A stretch of DNA of 64,000 nucleotides from Macrostomum lignano (lineage: Eukaryota), in assembly GCA_002269645.1 (NCBI GenBank), contig NIVC01001183.1:124001-188000 (forward strand). The letters run 5' to 3'. Each line of letters begins with the position of its first letter. Positions within the stretch are counted from its first letter, which is position 1. The notes beneath the pieces were generated by a model. The model had not been told where the DNA came from, searched no databases, and was given only the letters and a program-made list of their open reading frames with translations. Positions 49,635-61,065 of this stretch are shown here, piece after piece. A program made the position numbers and the translations under genes.

Positions 49635-50230
49635 GGTTGGTGATTTTGGAGCTTGTGAAGTTTGGGGTTTGTGATTTTGTGGTTTGTGAAGTTTGGGGTT
49701 TGTGATTTTGTGGTTTGTGAAGTTTGGGGTTTGTGATTTTGTGGTTTGTGAAGTTTGGGGTTTGTGATTTTGTGGTTTGTGAAGTTTGGGGTTTGTGATT
49801 TTGTGGTTTGTGAAGTTTGGGGTTTGTGATTTAGGTGTTTTTGAAGCTGTGGTTTGTGAAGCTGTGCTTGGTGATTTTGGTGATTTTAAAGCTGTGGTTT
49901 GTGAAGCTGTGCTTGGTGATTTTGGTGATTTTAAAGCTGTGGTTTGTGAAGTTTGGGGTTTGTGATTTAGGTGTTTTTGAAGCTGTGGTTTGTGAAGCTG
50001 TGCTTGGTGATTTTGGTGTTTTTGAAGCTGTGGTTTGTGAAGCTGTGCTTGGTGATTTTGGTGATTTTGAAGCTGTGGTTTGTGAAGCTGTGCTTGGTGA
50101 TTTTGGTGATTTTAAAGCTGTGGTTTGTGAAGTTTGGGGTTTGCGAAGTTTGGCGTTTGTGATTTAGGTGATTTTGAAGCTGTGGTTTGTGAAGATTGGG
50201 ATCTGTGAAGTTTGGGGTTTGTGAAGTTTA
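49635..50230. repeat. About 31-bp TG-rich minisatellite
   Basis: Unit GTTTGGGGTTTGTGATTTTGTGGTTTGTGAA and derived units. Confidence 0.9.
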
Positions 50231-50764
50231 GGACATGAAAAGATTTGTTCAGTTTAACAAAGAATAACAAAAAAACAATTAAAAAGCTTCCAGTTTAATC
50301 TACGAATTCAAAAGGCCAGGCTGCTAAAAGCAGAAACTCTTCACAATCCAGGGTTGTATATCTTTTCGAGAATATTTATTTTACAAATAAAAACCCAACT
50401 ATTAAATAAATAAAGGCACAGAATGTGCAGCCGAAATTGTGTTATTAAATTACAGTGTGTACCGAGATCAGCTTTTAAATTAATTTTTGCATACTAGCTA
50501 AATTTACCGAATGATAAAAGTTGAAGAGTTTGAGCAGTACGTTTTGTAAGATGCTTATTATAATCTCATGCATACATCTAGATAGTGTATCTACATACAA
50601 TACTTCTCAGGTTCACATACGCTAAGTTATACTATTAGTAGTGACCACAGACTTTTTGAAATGTTTTATTTCGACAAAAAACAAGAGCAAAAGCGCAATA
50701 TCGGGGCAGCAGTGACAGCTGATAAAAAATGATTCATAACGGGCCATGATTATTATGGGTTACA

Positions 50765-51545
50765 TAAGCTATAGGAGTGCCATTTTCAGCTATAGGAGTG
50801 CCATTTTCAGCTATAGGAGTGCCATTTTCAGCTATAGGAGTGCCATTTTCAGCTATAGGAGTGCCATTTTCAGCTATAGGAGTGCCATTTTCAGCTATAG
50901 GAGTGCCATTTTCAGCTATAGGAGTGCCATTTTCAGCTACAGTATAGGAGTGCCATTTCCAGCTATAGGAGTGCCATTTCCAGCTATAGGAGTGCCATTT
51001 CCAGCTATAGGAGTGCCATTTCCAGCTATAGGAGTGCCATTTCCAGCTATAGGAGTGCCATTTCCAGCTATAGGAGTGCCATTTCCAGCTATAGGAGGGC
51101 CATTTCCAGCTATAGAGGTGCCGTTTTCACTTATAGTAGTGCCATTATCAGCTATAGGAGTGCCACTTTCAGATATAGGAATGCCATTTTCAGCTATTGG
51201 AGTGCCATTTTCAGCTATTGGAGTGCCATTTTCAGCTATAGGAGTGCCATTTTCAGCTATAGGAGTGCCATTATCAGCTATAGGAGTGCCATTTTCAGAT
51301 ATAGGAATGCCATTTTCAGCTATAGGAGTGCCATTTTCAGCTATAGGAATGCCATTTTCAGATATAGGAATGCCATTTTCAGCTATAGGAGTGCCATTAT
51401 CAGCTATAGGAGTGCCATTTTCAGATATAGGAATGCCATTTTCAGCTATAGGAGTGCCATTTTCAGCTATAGGAATGCCATTTTCAGATATAGGAATGCC
51501 ATTTTCAGCTATAGGAGTGCCATTTTCAGCTATAGGAGTGCCATT
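50765..51545. repeat. 21-bp minisatellite downstream of the NOCT stop
   Basis: Unit CAGCTATAGGAGTGCCATTTT. Confidence 0.95.
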
Positions 51546-51708
51546 TAGCCTAGCTAGTACCATTAAAAACCCCAACTACTAACGTCACACATCGTGGCAC
51601 ATTAGGAGTGGTAGTTAGAAAAAGATGAATAGCTAAATAAATAAATTTCTAAATGTAAGTTCATCACAACAATCCCATAGCAAGAGAAACCTGAAGGATA
51701 CATAGCGA

Positions 51709-52065
51709 TCAGTTCTTGCAGAAGCAGAAATCAACGCTCAGACAGAAATGATCAGACGGGAACGCAGCGCAGGGCAGACCGTTGGACTCGACGCTGTCCC
51801 TAGGCGGAATCTCCAGCAGGGCTAGCGGTCGCAGGCGCCGGTACCAGATATAGTCTATGCCCCTGGCCTGCGGCTCGGCCGATTTGCCAACGTATTTAAA
51901 CGTAGTGAAAGGAGGCTCCTCAGGCTGCTTGTAGGCCGAGGCGATGTCGAGACCGGATTGAACGATCACGTTGTAAAATGGTTCGAAGCTTTCGCCGTTG
52001 AAATCGCCGCATAGCAACAGGGGCGAGTTGGCTGGCACGCGCTCTTTTAGGGCAGTGATTAGCGC
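51709..52065 (-). CDS. NOCT: Nocturnin exon 3
   Basis: tacag|GCG; LLCGDFN, SAY, EPPFTTFK, IDYIWY and FPSDH EEP catalytic motifs; TGA at 51711-51709. Confidence 0.92.
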   Translation of the reverse strand, partial: ALITALKERVPANSPLLLCGDFNGESFEPFYNVIVQSGLDIASAYKQPEEPPFTTFKYVGKSAEPQARGIDYIWYRRLRPLALLEIPPRDSVESNGLPCAAFPSDHFCLSVDFCFCKN

Positions 52066-52189
52066 CTGTAGGAGTTTTCATATACGGTCGTAATTATTAG
52101 CTTGTATTGTATATTTCCGCTTTAAAAAGTTAATTTTCGAAACATATCGGTTAGGAAAACAGACTTTATATCAGCCTAGGAGCTCTTTT

Positions 52190-52855
52190 TGGTATGAGGA
52201 TTAAGGGAGTTTTTAGGGGAGATTTTAGCATGGGGGGATTGGGGAGATTTTAGCGTGGGAGGATTAGGGGAGACTTGAGCGTGGGAGGATTAAGGGAGAT
52301 TTTAGCGTGGGGGATCAGGGATGATTTTAGCGTGGGAGGATTAAGGGAGATTTATGCGTGGGGGATCAGGGATGATTTTAGCGTGTGAGGATTAAGGGAG
52401 ATTTATGCGTGGGGGATCAGGGATGATTTTAGCGTGTGAGGATTAAGGGAGATTTATGCGTGGGGGATCAGGGATGATTTTAGCGTGTGAGGATTAAGGG
52501 AGATTTATGCGTGGGGGATCAGGGATGATTTTAGCGTGTGAGGATTAAGGGAGATTTATGCGTGGGGGATCAGGGATGATTTTAGCGTGGGAGGATTAAG
52601 GGAGATTTATGCGTGGGGGATCAGGGATGATTTTAGCGTGGGAGGATTAAGGGAGATTTATGCGTGGGGGATCAGGGATGATTTTAGCGTAGGAGGATTA
52701 GGGGAGATTTTAGCGTAGGAGGATTAGGGGAGATTTTAGCGTGTGAGGATTAAGGGAGATTTTAGCGTGTAAGGATTAGGGGAGATTTAAGCGTGGGGGA
52801 TCAGGGAAGATTTTAGCGTGGGAGGATTAGGGGGGATATTAGCTTGGGAGGATTA
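52190..52855. repeat. 26/52-bp dimeric minisatellite, NOCT intron 2
   Basis: GGGAGATTTWRGCGTGGGRGGATYA alternating variants. Confidence 0.9.
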
Positions 52856-52886
52856 GCCCAGTTGGTTTTAAAATCCGAATACTCAC

Positions 52887-53138
52887 CTTCGTCTGCAACA
52901 GGCGCAGATTAGAGAAGGTCACCTTAGCTTTGAGATGCGTGGCTGCAACCCACAGCTCGCCGCCGCCGTCGCTGTCGTCAGTAGCCGGAGGGTTCAGCAG
53001 TCTTAGTCGGAGCAGAACAAAGACTTGAGAGCCGGCGCCGCTGGGGGCGTCTAGAAATTCCGTGCCGTCCTCATTGGGCTCGATGAGCAGCCCGGTCTCC
53101 GACTGCAGGCACTCGAACCGGTGCGTGTTGTACAGGAT
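52887..53138 (-). CDS. NOCT: Nocturnin exon 2
   Basis: cag|ATC; ILYNTHRF...LWVAATHLKAK...RLLQTK (THLKA motif); AAG|gtgagt; phase 0-0. Confidence 0.9.
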
Positions 53139-53227
53139 CTGCACAGGTGCGCATGGCCCGGGGGATGGTGCAACTACGGCTAGACTGCATAATCATAGCA
53201 CATTCACAGAATATTTATAGTACATAC

Positions 53228-53533
53228 GGAGTGCCGGTCACTGAAATGTCAGTCACACTATTGGAGTGCCAGTCACTGAAATGTCAGTCACACTATTGGA
53301 GTGCCAGTCACTGAAATGTCAGTCACACTATTGGAGTGCCGGTCACTGAAATGTCAGTCACACTATTGGAGTGCCGGTCACTGAAATGACCCTCCGTGAC
53401 ACTATTGGAGTGCCGGTCACTGAAATGTCAGTCACACTATTGGAGTGCCGGTCACTGAAATGTCAGTCACACTATTGGAGTGCCGGTCACTGAAATGTCA
53501 GTCACACTATTGTAGTGCCAGTCACTGAAATGC
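53228..53533. repeat. 35-bp minisatellite, NOCT intron 1
   Basis: Unit GGAGTGCCGGTCACTGAAATGTCAGTCACACTATT. Confidence 0.95.
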
Positions 53534-53567
53534 CAGAAAATCCCCCAAAATCTAGTGACTGACTCAC

Positions 53568-54107
53568 CGCGGTGCCGTCCGGTCCAAAGTTTCCAGGAAA
53601 GGAGAGGCAGGGAGAGCGCGGCTTCGCCCGAAAGCAGCCCCTGTAGCCAAGAGGAGCGAGATTCTCCAACAAATAATCGTAAATGTCAACCTCATTGAGG
53701 CACAGGATATCCGGTTGAAATCTCAGCAGCTCCCTGAGCAGATACCAGCGCCTCCGCTCCCAGCTGGTGACGCCAGGTTCAACCCGGTCGAAATGACTGC
53801 CGCCTTCGGCGCCGGTGAGCGCCTGGGCCAGTATGTTCCAGTGGAGTACGCGGAACTGGCCAGACTGCATCACTGAGTCGGATGGGATGAGCTGTCTGAA
53901 CTGGCGAGATAGCGGCCCGGCGGGACAGGGACTGTTTGAGCAATGCTGCTCAACTGCCGCTAAGAGCTGCTGGCGAGCGGCCGTTGCGGCCCCGGCTGAG
54001 CTGCCGTCTTCACCTTGGCTGGTGGACATGCGGCGCATGGAATGTTTTTTGTGGGAAAATATTCTCTTAGAAATCCATTTTGCTCTACTTAAAGTAGAGT
54101 AATGCAT
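53568..54107 (-). CDS. NOCT: Nocturnin (CCR4-like EEP family NADP(H) phosphatase), exon 1; start ATG uncertain (54107, 54038 or 54029)
   Basis: RVLHWNILAQAL...W.RR..LL.ELL.FQPDILCLNEVD...LGYRGCF.AKPRSPCL...N.GPDGTA parallels nocturnin (QWNILAQAL, QPDILCLQEVD, KPWSPCL, NNGPDGCA); GCG|gtgagt. Confidence 0.9.
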
Positions 54108-54129
54108 TTTTATTTTTAAAAAAATCTTG

Positions 54130-54800
54130 TGGAGGATTTGGAAGCGATTCTCATAGCGGATTTGGAGACGATTCTCATAGAGGATTTGGAGGCGATTCTC
54201 ATGGAGGATTTGGAGACGATTCTCATGGAGGATTTGGAGGCGATTCTCATGGAGGATTTGGAGACGATTCTCATGGAGGATTTGGAGACGATTCTCATTG
54301 AGGATTTGGAGGCGATTCTCACTGAGGATTTGGAGGCGATTCTCATTGAGGATTTGGAGGCGATTCTCATTGAGGATTTGGAGGCGATTCTCACTGAGGA
54401 TTTGGAGCCGATTCTCATTGAGGATTTGGAGACGATTCTCATGGAGGATTTGGAGGCGATTCTCATTGAGGATTTGGAGGCGATTCTCATTGAGGATTTG
54501 GAGGCGATTCTCATTGAGGATTTGGAGGCGATTCTCATTGAGGATTTGGAGATGATTCTCATGGAGGATTTGGAGGCGATTCTCATTGAGGATTTGGAGG
54601 CGATTCTCATTGAGGATTTGGAGGCGATTCTCATTGAGGATTTGGAGGCGATTCTCATGGAGGATTTGGAGACGATTCTCATGGAGGATTTGGAGGCGAT
54701 TCTCATAGAGGATTTGGAGACGATTCTCATGGAGGATTTGGAGGCGATTCTCATAGAGGATTTGGAGAAGATTCTCATGGAGGATTTGGAGACAATTCCC
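54130..54800. repeat. 24-bp minisatellite immediately upstream of the NOCT ATGs
   Basis: Unit GGAGGATTTGGAGGCGATTCTCAT. Confidence 0.95.
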
Positions 54801-55027
54801 AAAGTCAATCAGTAACTAATGAAGGTATAAAAATAGAATTAACAAACAAAAAAACCAAACCAGTAGCATCCAGCAATGGTTCAATTTAATTATCCTGTAC
54901 TTATCCTGAAAATCATTACTAACAGTTTTGCTATCTTAGCACTAGATTATCAATTTTTAAAAATGCTGATGAATTAGGCCAGTGCCAACAAGGCGCGCAA
55001 TAAACACAAACATAAACTATTTGTACT

Positions 55028-55033
55028 TTTATT
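55028..55033 (-). terminator. Candidate poly(A) signal of DDX24
   Basis: First AATAAA seen on the minus strand after the DDX24 stop, followed by a GT-rich stretch (gtttatgtttgtgttt). Confidence 0.4.
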
Positions 55034-55107
55034 GCGTCGAAAAAAATGCTGGAATTCGGGAAGAATGTCTTGGCCGTAAGAGTGCTTAGGTGTCTGGAGA
55101 GTACTCG

Positions 55108-56395
55108 GATCTTAGAAATGGGGATTTTATTAGGGATCTGAGGGGCTTGATGATGGGATCTTAGACATGGGGATTCTATTAGGGATCTGAGGAGGGGTTT
55201 GGCGATGGGATCTTAGAAATGGGTATTCTATTAGGGACCTGAGGGGCTTGATGATGGGATCTTAGACATGGGTATTCTATTAGGGATCTGAGGGGCTTGA
55301 TGATGGGATCTTAGAAATGGGGATTCTATTAGGGATCTGAGGGGCTTGGCGATGGGATCTTAGAAATGGGTATTCTATTAGGGACCTGAGGGGCTTGATG
55401 ATGGGATCTTAGACATGGGTATTCTATTAGGGATCTGAGGGGCTTGATGATGGGATCTTAGAAATGGGGATTCTATTAGGGATCTGAGGGGCTTGGCGAT
55501 GGGATCTTAGAAATGGGGATTCTATTAGGGATCTGAGGGGCTTGATGATGGGATCTTAGACATGGGGATTCTATTAGGGATCTGAGGAGGGGTTTGGCGA
55601 TGGGATCTTAGAAATGGGTATTCTATTAGGGACCTGAGGGGCTTGATGATGGGATCTTAGACATGGGGATTCTATTAGGGATCTGAGGAGGGGTTTGGCG
55701 ATGGGATCTTAGAAATGGGTATTCTATTAGGGACCTGAGGGGCTTGATGATGGGATCTTAGAAATGGGGATTCTATTAGGGATCTGAGGGGCTTGGCGAT
55801 GGGATCTTAGAAATGGGGATTCTATTAGGGATCTGAGGAGGGGTTTGGCGATGGGATCTTAGACATGGGTATTCTATTAGGGATCTGAGGGGCTTGATGA
55901 TGGGATCTTAGAAATGGGGATTCTATTAGGGATCTGAGGGGCTTGGCGATGGGATCTTAGAAATGGGGATTCTATTAGGGATCTGAGGGGCTTGATGATG
56001 GGATCTTAGACATGGGGATTCTATTAGGGATCTGAGGAGGGGTTTGGCGATGGGATCTTAGACATGGGGATTTTATTAGGGATCTGAGGGGCTTGATGAT
56101 GGGATCTTAGAAATGGAGATTTTATAAGGGATCTGAGGGGTTTGGCGATGGGATCTTAGAAATGGGTATTCTATTAGGGACCTGAGGGGCTTGATGATGG
56201 GATCTTAGAAATGGGTATTCTATTAGGGATCTGAGGGGCTTGATGATGGGATCTTAGAAATGGGGATTCTATTAGGGACCTGAGGGGTTTGGCGATGGGA
56301 TCTTAAAAATGGGTATTCTATAAGGGATCTGGGGGGCTTGATGATGGGATCTTAGAAATGGGGATTCTATTAGGGATCTGAAGTCTATGATGGGA
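55108..56395. repeat. 49-bp minisatellite downstream of the DDX24 stop
   Basis: Unit GGGATCTTAGAAATGGGGATTCTATTAGGGATCTGAGGGGCTTGATGAT. Confidence 0.95.
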
Positions 56396-56444
56396 TATTT
56401 AAGAAAGAAAGTTTTAGTTCTTTTTAAGCGCCATCGTAAATCAA

Positions 56445-57137
56445 TCAAGTCCTCCGATTCCGCCGCGGTTTCCTCCCAATCGCCGCGCTACCGGAAGGAG
56501 ATGAAGAAGCGAAAGAAGCTTTGTTGCCAAGTAACTCGGTGCCCCGACTAGTGGTGATGGCAGGGCACAGCATTGGGTAGCGAAGCGACCGAGGCAAACC
56601 GCCAGCCGCTGTAGCGGCGCCACAGGCAGAATTGGAACTATTATTATTATTCGTTGAGTCCAGCTCGTTTAAAAGTTGATTGAGCCGCGACCTTGCCGAG
56701 TCCAGCCACTTCCTAGTTGGCTTATCCAGCTTAGCCAGGTGATTGGACAGTTCAACGCCTTCGTCGTCGGCCCGGCGATCGACCAGTTCGGGCAGGTCGG
56801 GATCGAGCTCGAGCTCTTGAGCTGTCCGTTCGAACCACAGCCGTTTAGCGTGCTGCCGGAGCAGGCGGTGCTCCTCGGACTCGATGGAGTGAGCGGCCGT
56901 CACGGCCGGCCTGAGCCGGGCCAGCTGCTCTTGGCTGGGCGGCGCCGACATCGCCGCCAGATTGTCGCTTTCGCCGGCGTCGTCGACGTCGCCATCGCTG
57001 CCGCGGCCGAGTCCGCGCAGCAGTCGGCGCAGCGGGCCGGCCTCCTCAGGCGACACCAGGGCGACTGCGGTGCCGCTGCGGCTGGCCCGAGCGGTTCGGC
57101 CGCACCTGTGCAGGTAGAGCTCCGACACCTTCGGCAC
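56445..57137 (-). CDS. DDX24: DDX24 exon 5 (motif VI, C-terminus)
   Basis: ccgaag|GTG; VPKVSELYLHRCGRTARA; W..RTAQELEL.D segment; TGA at 56447-56445. Confidence 0.9.
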   Translation of the reverse strand: MPKVSELYLHRCGRTARASRSGTAVALVSPEEAGPLRRLLRGLGRGSDGDVDDAGESDNLAAMSAPPSQEQLARLRPAVTAAHSIESEEHRLLRQHAKRLWFERTAQELELDPDLPELVDRRADDEGVELSNHLAKLDKPTRKWLDSARSRLNQLLNELDSTNNNNSSNSACGAATAAGGLPRSLRYPMLCPAITTSRGTELLGNKASFASSSPSGSAAIGRKPRRNRRT

Positions 57138-57189
57138 CTTCGGAGGTTGGAGGGGAGGCACGCGACTAGTTGCTAATAAGTGTAGCGTA

Positions 57190-57860
57190 TCTGACTTGTC
57201 TACTGTTCACCCTACTCTACCAGCTTGTCTACTATCTACCCTACTCTACCAGCTTGTCTACTATCTACCCTACTCTAGCAGCTTGTCTCACTATCTACCC
57301 TACTCAACCAGCTTGTCTACTATCTAACCTACTCTACCAGCTTGTCTACTATCTAACCTACTCTACCAGCTTGTCTACTATCTAACCTACTCAACCAGCT
57401 TGTCTACTATCTAACCTACTCTACCAGCTTGTCTACTATCTACCCTACTCTAGCAGCTTGTCTCACTATCTACCCTACTCTAGCAGCTTATCTACTATCT
57501 ACCCTACTCTACCAGCTTGTCTACTATCTACCCTACTCTACCAGCTTGTCTCACTATCTAACCTACTCTACCAGCTTGTCTACTGTCTACTCTACTATAC
57601 CAGCATGTCTACTATCTACCCTACTCTACCAGCTTGTCTACTGTCTACTCTACTCCACCAGCTTGTCTACTATCTACATCTACCCTACTACTCCACCAGC
57701 TTGATTACTATCTACTCTACTATACCAACTTGTCTCTACTGTCTACCCTACTCTACAAACTTGTCTACTGTCTACTCTACCCTTCTCTATGAACTTAACT
57801 ACTGTCTACTCTACTTTACTGTCTACTTTCTACCCTACCCTATCAACTTGACTACTATCT
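57190..57860. repeat. 29-bp minisatellite, DDX24 intron 4
   Basis: Unit CTTGTCTACTATCTACCCTACTCTACCAG. Confidence 0.9.
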
Positions 57861-57923
57861 GATTTGCAATATACTCTACAAGCCTATGAACACACTACCA
57901 GTCATTAAGCCAATCGCACACAC

Positions 57924-58185
57924 CTGATAGTGCACCACGTGCTCCACTCCGGGGATGTCCAATCCGCGAGCGGCCACATCAGTCGCCAGCAGCACCGAGT
58001 CGGGATTGGCCGAGAATCTATCCAAGCTTTTCAATCGCTGTCGCTGCTGCATATCTGAATGCAAAGGCCGACAGTTGGGACAGCGGAGCAAAGTTAGCAG
58101 CCGGTGCAGCCGCCTGACCGTGTCTTTGCTGGCGCAGAACACCAGCGTGCGGCCTCGGCGACTGCGGAGCAGCCACCACAGGTAG
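57924..58185 (-). CDS. DDX24: DDX24 exon 4 (motifs IV, V)
   Basis: gtcag|C TAC; GRTLVFC, LHSDMQQRQRLKSLDRF, LLATDVAARGLDIPGVEHVVHYQ|gtgtgt. Confidence 0.92.
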
Positions 58186-58291
58186 CTGACAGGGCGGGCG
58201 GAGGGAGATTATCGGGATTTGATTCGGATCAGGATAGTAAATTCCCATCTAACAGCTAATCTGAGAGCTAACATCTAGCATCTGACATCTA

Positions 58292-59612
58292 GCAGCTAAC
58301 TGAGAGCTTCCAATCTCTAACTGAGAGCTTCCAATCTCTAACTGACAGCTTCCAACCTCTAACTGACAGGCTTCCAATCTCTAACTGAGAGCTTCCAATC
58401 TCTAACTGAGAGCTTCCAATCTCTAACTGAGAGCTTTCAATCTCTAACTGAGAGCTTCCAATCTCTAACTGACAGCTTCCAACCTCTAACTGACAGGCTT
58501 CCAATCTCTAACTGAGAGCTTCCAATCTCTAACTGAGAGCTTCCGATCTCTAACTGAGAGCTTTCAATCTCTAACTGACAGGCTTTCAATCTCTAACTGA
58601 CAGGCTTCCAATCTCTAACTGACAGGCTTCCAATCTCTAACTGACAGGCTTCCAATCTCTAACTGACAGGCTTCCAATCTCTAACTGAGAGCTTCCAATC
58701 TCTAACTGAGAGCTTCCAATCTCTAACTGACAGGCTTCCAATCTCTAACTGACAGGCTTCCAGTCTCTAACTGACAGGCTTCCAATCTCTAACTGACAGG
58801 CTTCCAATCTCTAACTGAGAGCTTCCAATCTCTAACTGAGAGCTTCCAACCTCTAACTGAGAGCTTCCAATCTCTAACTGACAGGCTTCCAATCTCTAAC
58901 TGAGAGCTTCCAATCTCTAACTGACAGCTTCCAATCTCTAACTGACAGCTTCCAATCTCTAACTGAGAGCTTCCAATCTCTAACTGACAGGCTTCCAATC
59001 TCTAACTGAGAGCGTCCAATCTCTAACTGAGAGCTTCCAATCTCTAACTGAGAGCTTCCAATCTCTAACTGACAGGCTTCCAATCTCTAACTGAGAGCGT
59101 CCAATCTCTAACTGAGAGCTTCCAATCTCTAACTGAGAGCTTCTAATCTCTAAATGACAGCTTCCAATCTCTAACTGACAGCTTCCGATCTCTAACTGAC
59201 AGCGTCCAATCTCTAACTGAGAGCGTCCAATCTCTAACTGAGAGCTTCCAATCTCTAACTGAGAGCTTCCAATCTCTAACTGACAGCTTCCAATCTCTAA
59301 CTGAGAGCTTCCGATCTCTAACTGAGAGCTTCCGATCTCTAACTGAGAGCTTCCAATCTCTAACTGAGAGCTTCCAATCTCTAACTGAGAGCTTCCGATC
59401 TCTAACTGAGAGCTTCCAATCTCTAACTGACAGCTTCCAATCTCTAAATGACAGGCTTCCAATCTCTAACTGAGAGCTTCCAATCTCTAACTGACAGGCT
59501 TCCGATCTCTAACTGAGAGCTTCCGATCTCTAACTGACAGCTTCCAATCTTTAACTGACAGGCTTCCAATCTTTAACTGACAGCTTTCAATCTCTAACTG
59601 AAAAGCTTCAAT
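58292..59612. repeat. 21/22-bp minisatellite, DDX24 intron 3
   Basis: Unit GCTTCCAATCTCTAACTGAGA / ...TGACAG. Confidence 0.95.
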
Positions 59613-59644
59613 TTTGCATACTAGTCAATGCCACACAAACTCAC

Positions 59645-60210
59645 AGATCTTTGTCCTTGGCCTCGCAGTCCAGCCGGAACTCTGTGAGGCCGCCAACCCG
59701 CCTAGTCGTGTCCACTAATTTCGGCTTGCCAGACATTCCGACCAGTTCGGCCAGCGCAGCGGCCCGATCGTCCGGGCCCAGCTGGCGCATTCGTTTCAGC
59801 TTGGATCGGCGCTGGTCCGGCCGCTCGGGCGGTCGGTGGACAAAAGTTAGCGTGGCCGAGAATAGCAACGTCTGCCGGCGACAAGGAGGCCGCTCAGCTG
59901 AAGTCGCCTTTGAATCGTCGTCGTTGGCATTGGCGTTGATCCGTTCCAGCAGTGCTCGCATCTCGGCAAAGTGTCCGGGCTCGGCCAGCCGGTCGGCCTC
60001 GTCCAGCACCAGCATCGGTAGGCTGGCCAGACCGCCGGACAGATGGGGCTGGCCAGATTGGATCAGATCCCACAGCCGGCCGGGCGTGCCGACAACTATG
60101 TCCGGCCGGCCAGCCAGGAGACGCTCCTGACGTTGGGCGGACAGGCCGCCAAGGACAGCGGCCACGGTGACGCCGGTATGGACGGCAACTCGCTGCAGGT
60201 GAGCGGCCAC
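59645..60210 (-). CDS. DDX24: DDX24 exon 3 (motifs Ib, II, III)
   Basis: LGGLS..RQERLL...PDIVVGTPGRLWDL, LVLDEADR, QTLLFSATLT; CT|gtgagt, phase 2. Confidence 0.92.
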
Positions 60211-60237
60211 CTGGCGGTTGTACCATTTTTTGCAATT

Positions 60238-60572
60238 ATAAAGTACATAGCTAAGAATCCTAAAGTACACAGAGAGCTTTGAAAAGTACAGGGCTGAGAA
60301 TCTAAAAGTACACGGAACTTTTAAAAGTACTTAGTTAAGAATCTAAAAGTACACCGAGCTAAGAGCTAAGAATATAAAAGTACATAGGGAGCTTCTAAAA
60401 GTACAGGACTAAGAACCTAAAAGTACACAAGTTTTTTAAAGTACAGACGATCCTCTAAAAGTTCTAGGAAAGTAGCAAATTCGATGGACAATTTTAAGAG
60501 AAACAGAAAGCTAAGAATCTAAAGTACACAGGAAACTATATAAAAGTACAGATGATCTAAAAGTACATAGGA
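60238..60572. repeat. Degenerate AAAGTACA repeat, DDX24 intron 2
   Basis: More than ten spaced copies of AAAGTAC. Confidence 0.7.
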
Positions 60573-60584
60573 ATCATAGCGCAC

Positions 60585-61001
60585 CTGCTTAGCCAGCTCC
60601 CTAGTAGGTGTCAGCACTAAGCAGTACAGCCTGCCGCCGCGTTTTTTAGCGCTGCCGTCATCTTCGAAGACGTTCTCGGCCGAATAGGCCAGAGTCTGCG
60701 GCGCTCCCACGGGCTGCCCGTCTGGGCCAAGCTCGGTCAGGCTGCCGGCCAGCAGGCCCAGATCCTCTTCGATATCGCCGTCGGCCCAGCCACATTCGGC
60801 CAGTTCCGCTTCGTCCGGCGACTGGTCGGCGTCTTCGTCGGCAGATTCGATGGCGTCGGCTTGGTCCCCGACATCGTCGTTGTCGTCATCGTCGATGTCG
60901 GCGAGCTGCTTGACCGCGGCAGCTCTAGTAGCCGAAGCTGATTTCATAGTCATAATGCGCTGTATAACCGGTATGCCGAATGCCAGGGTCTTGCCGCTGC
61001 C
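60585..61001 (-). CDS. DDX24: DDX24 exon 2 (motif I, acidic insertion, motif Ia)
   Basis: cag|GSGKTLAFGIP; long acidic insert between motifs I and Ia (typical of DDX24/MAK5); LVLTPTRELAKQ|gtgcgc. Confidence 0.9.
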
Positions 61002-61065
61002 CTGGGGGTTAGTTTATGCGGTTGTAAGGAGTATCTTCATAGTGTGCGGCTGTATGGTTAAGCTA

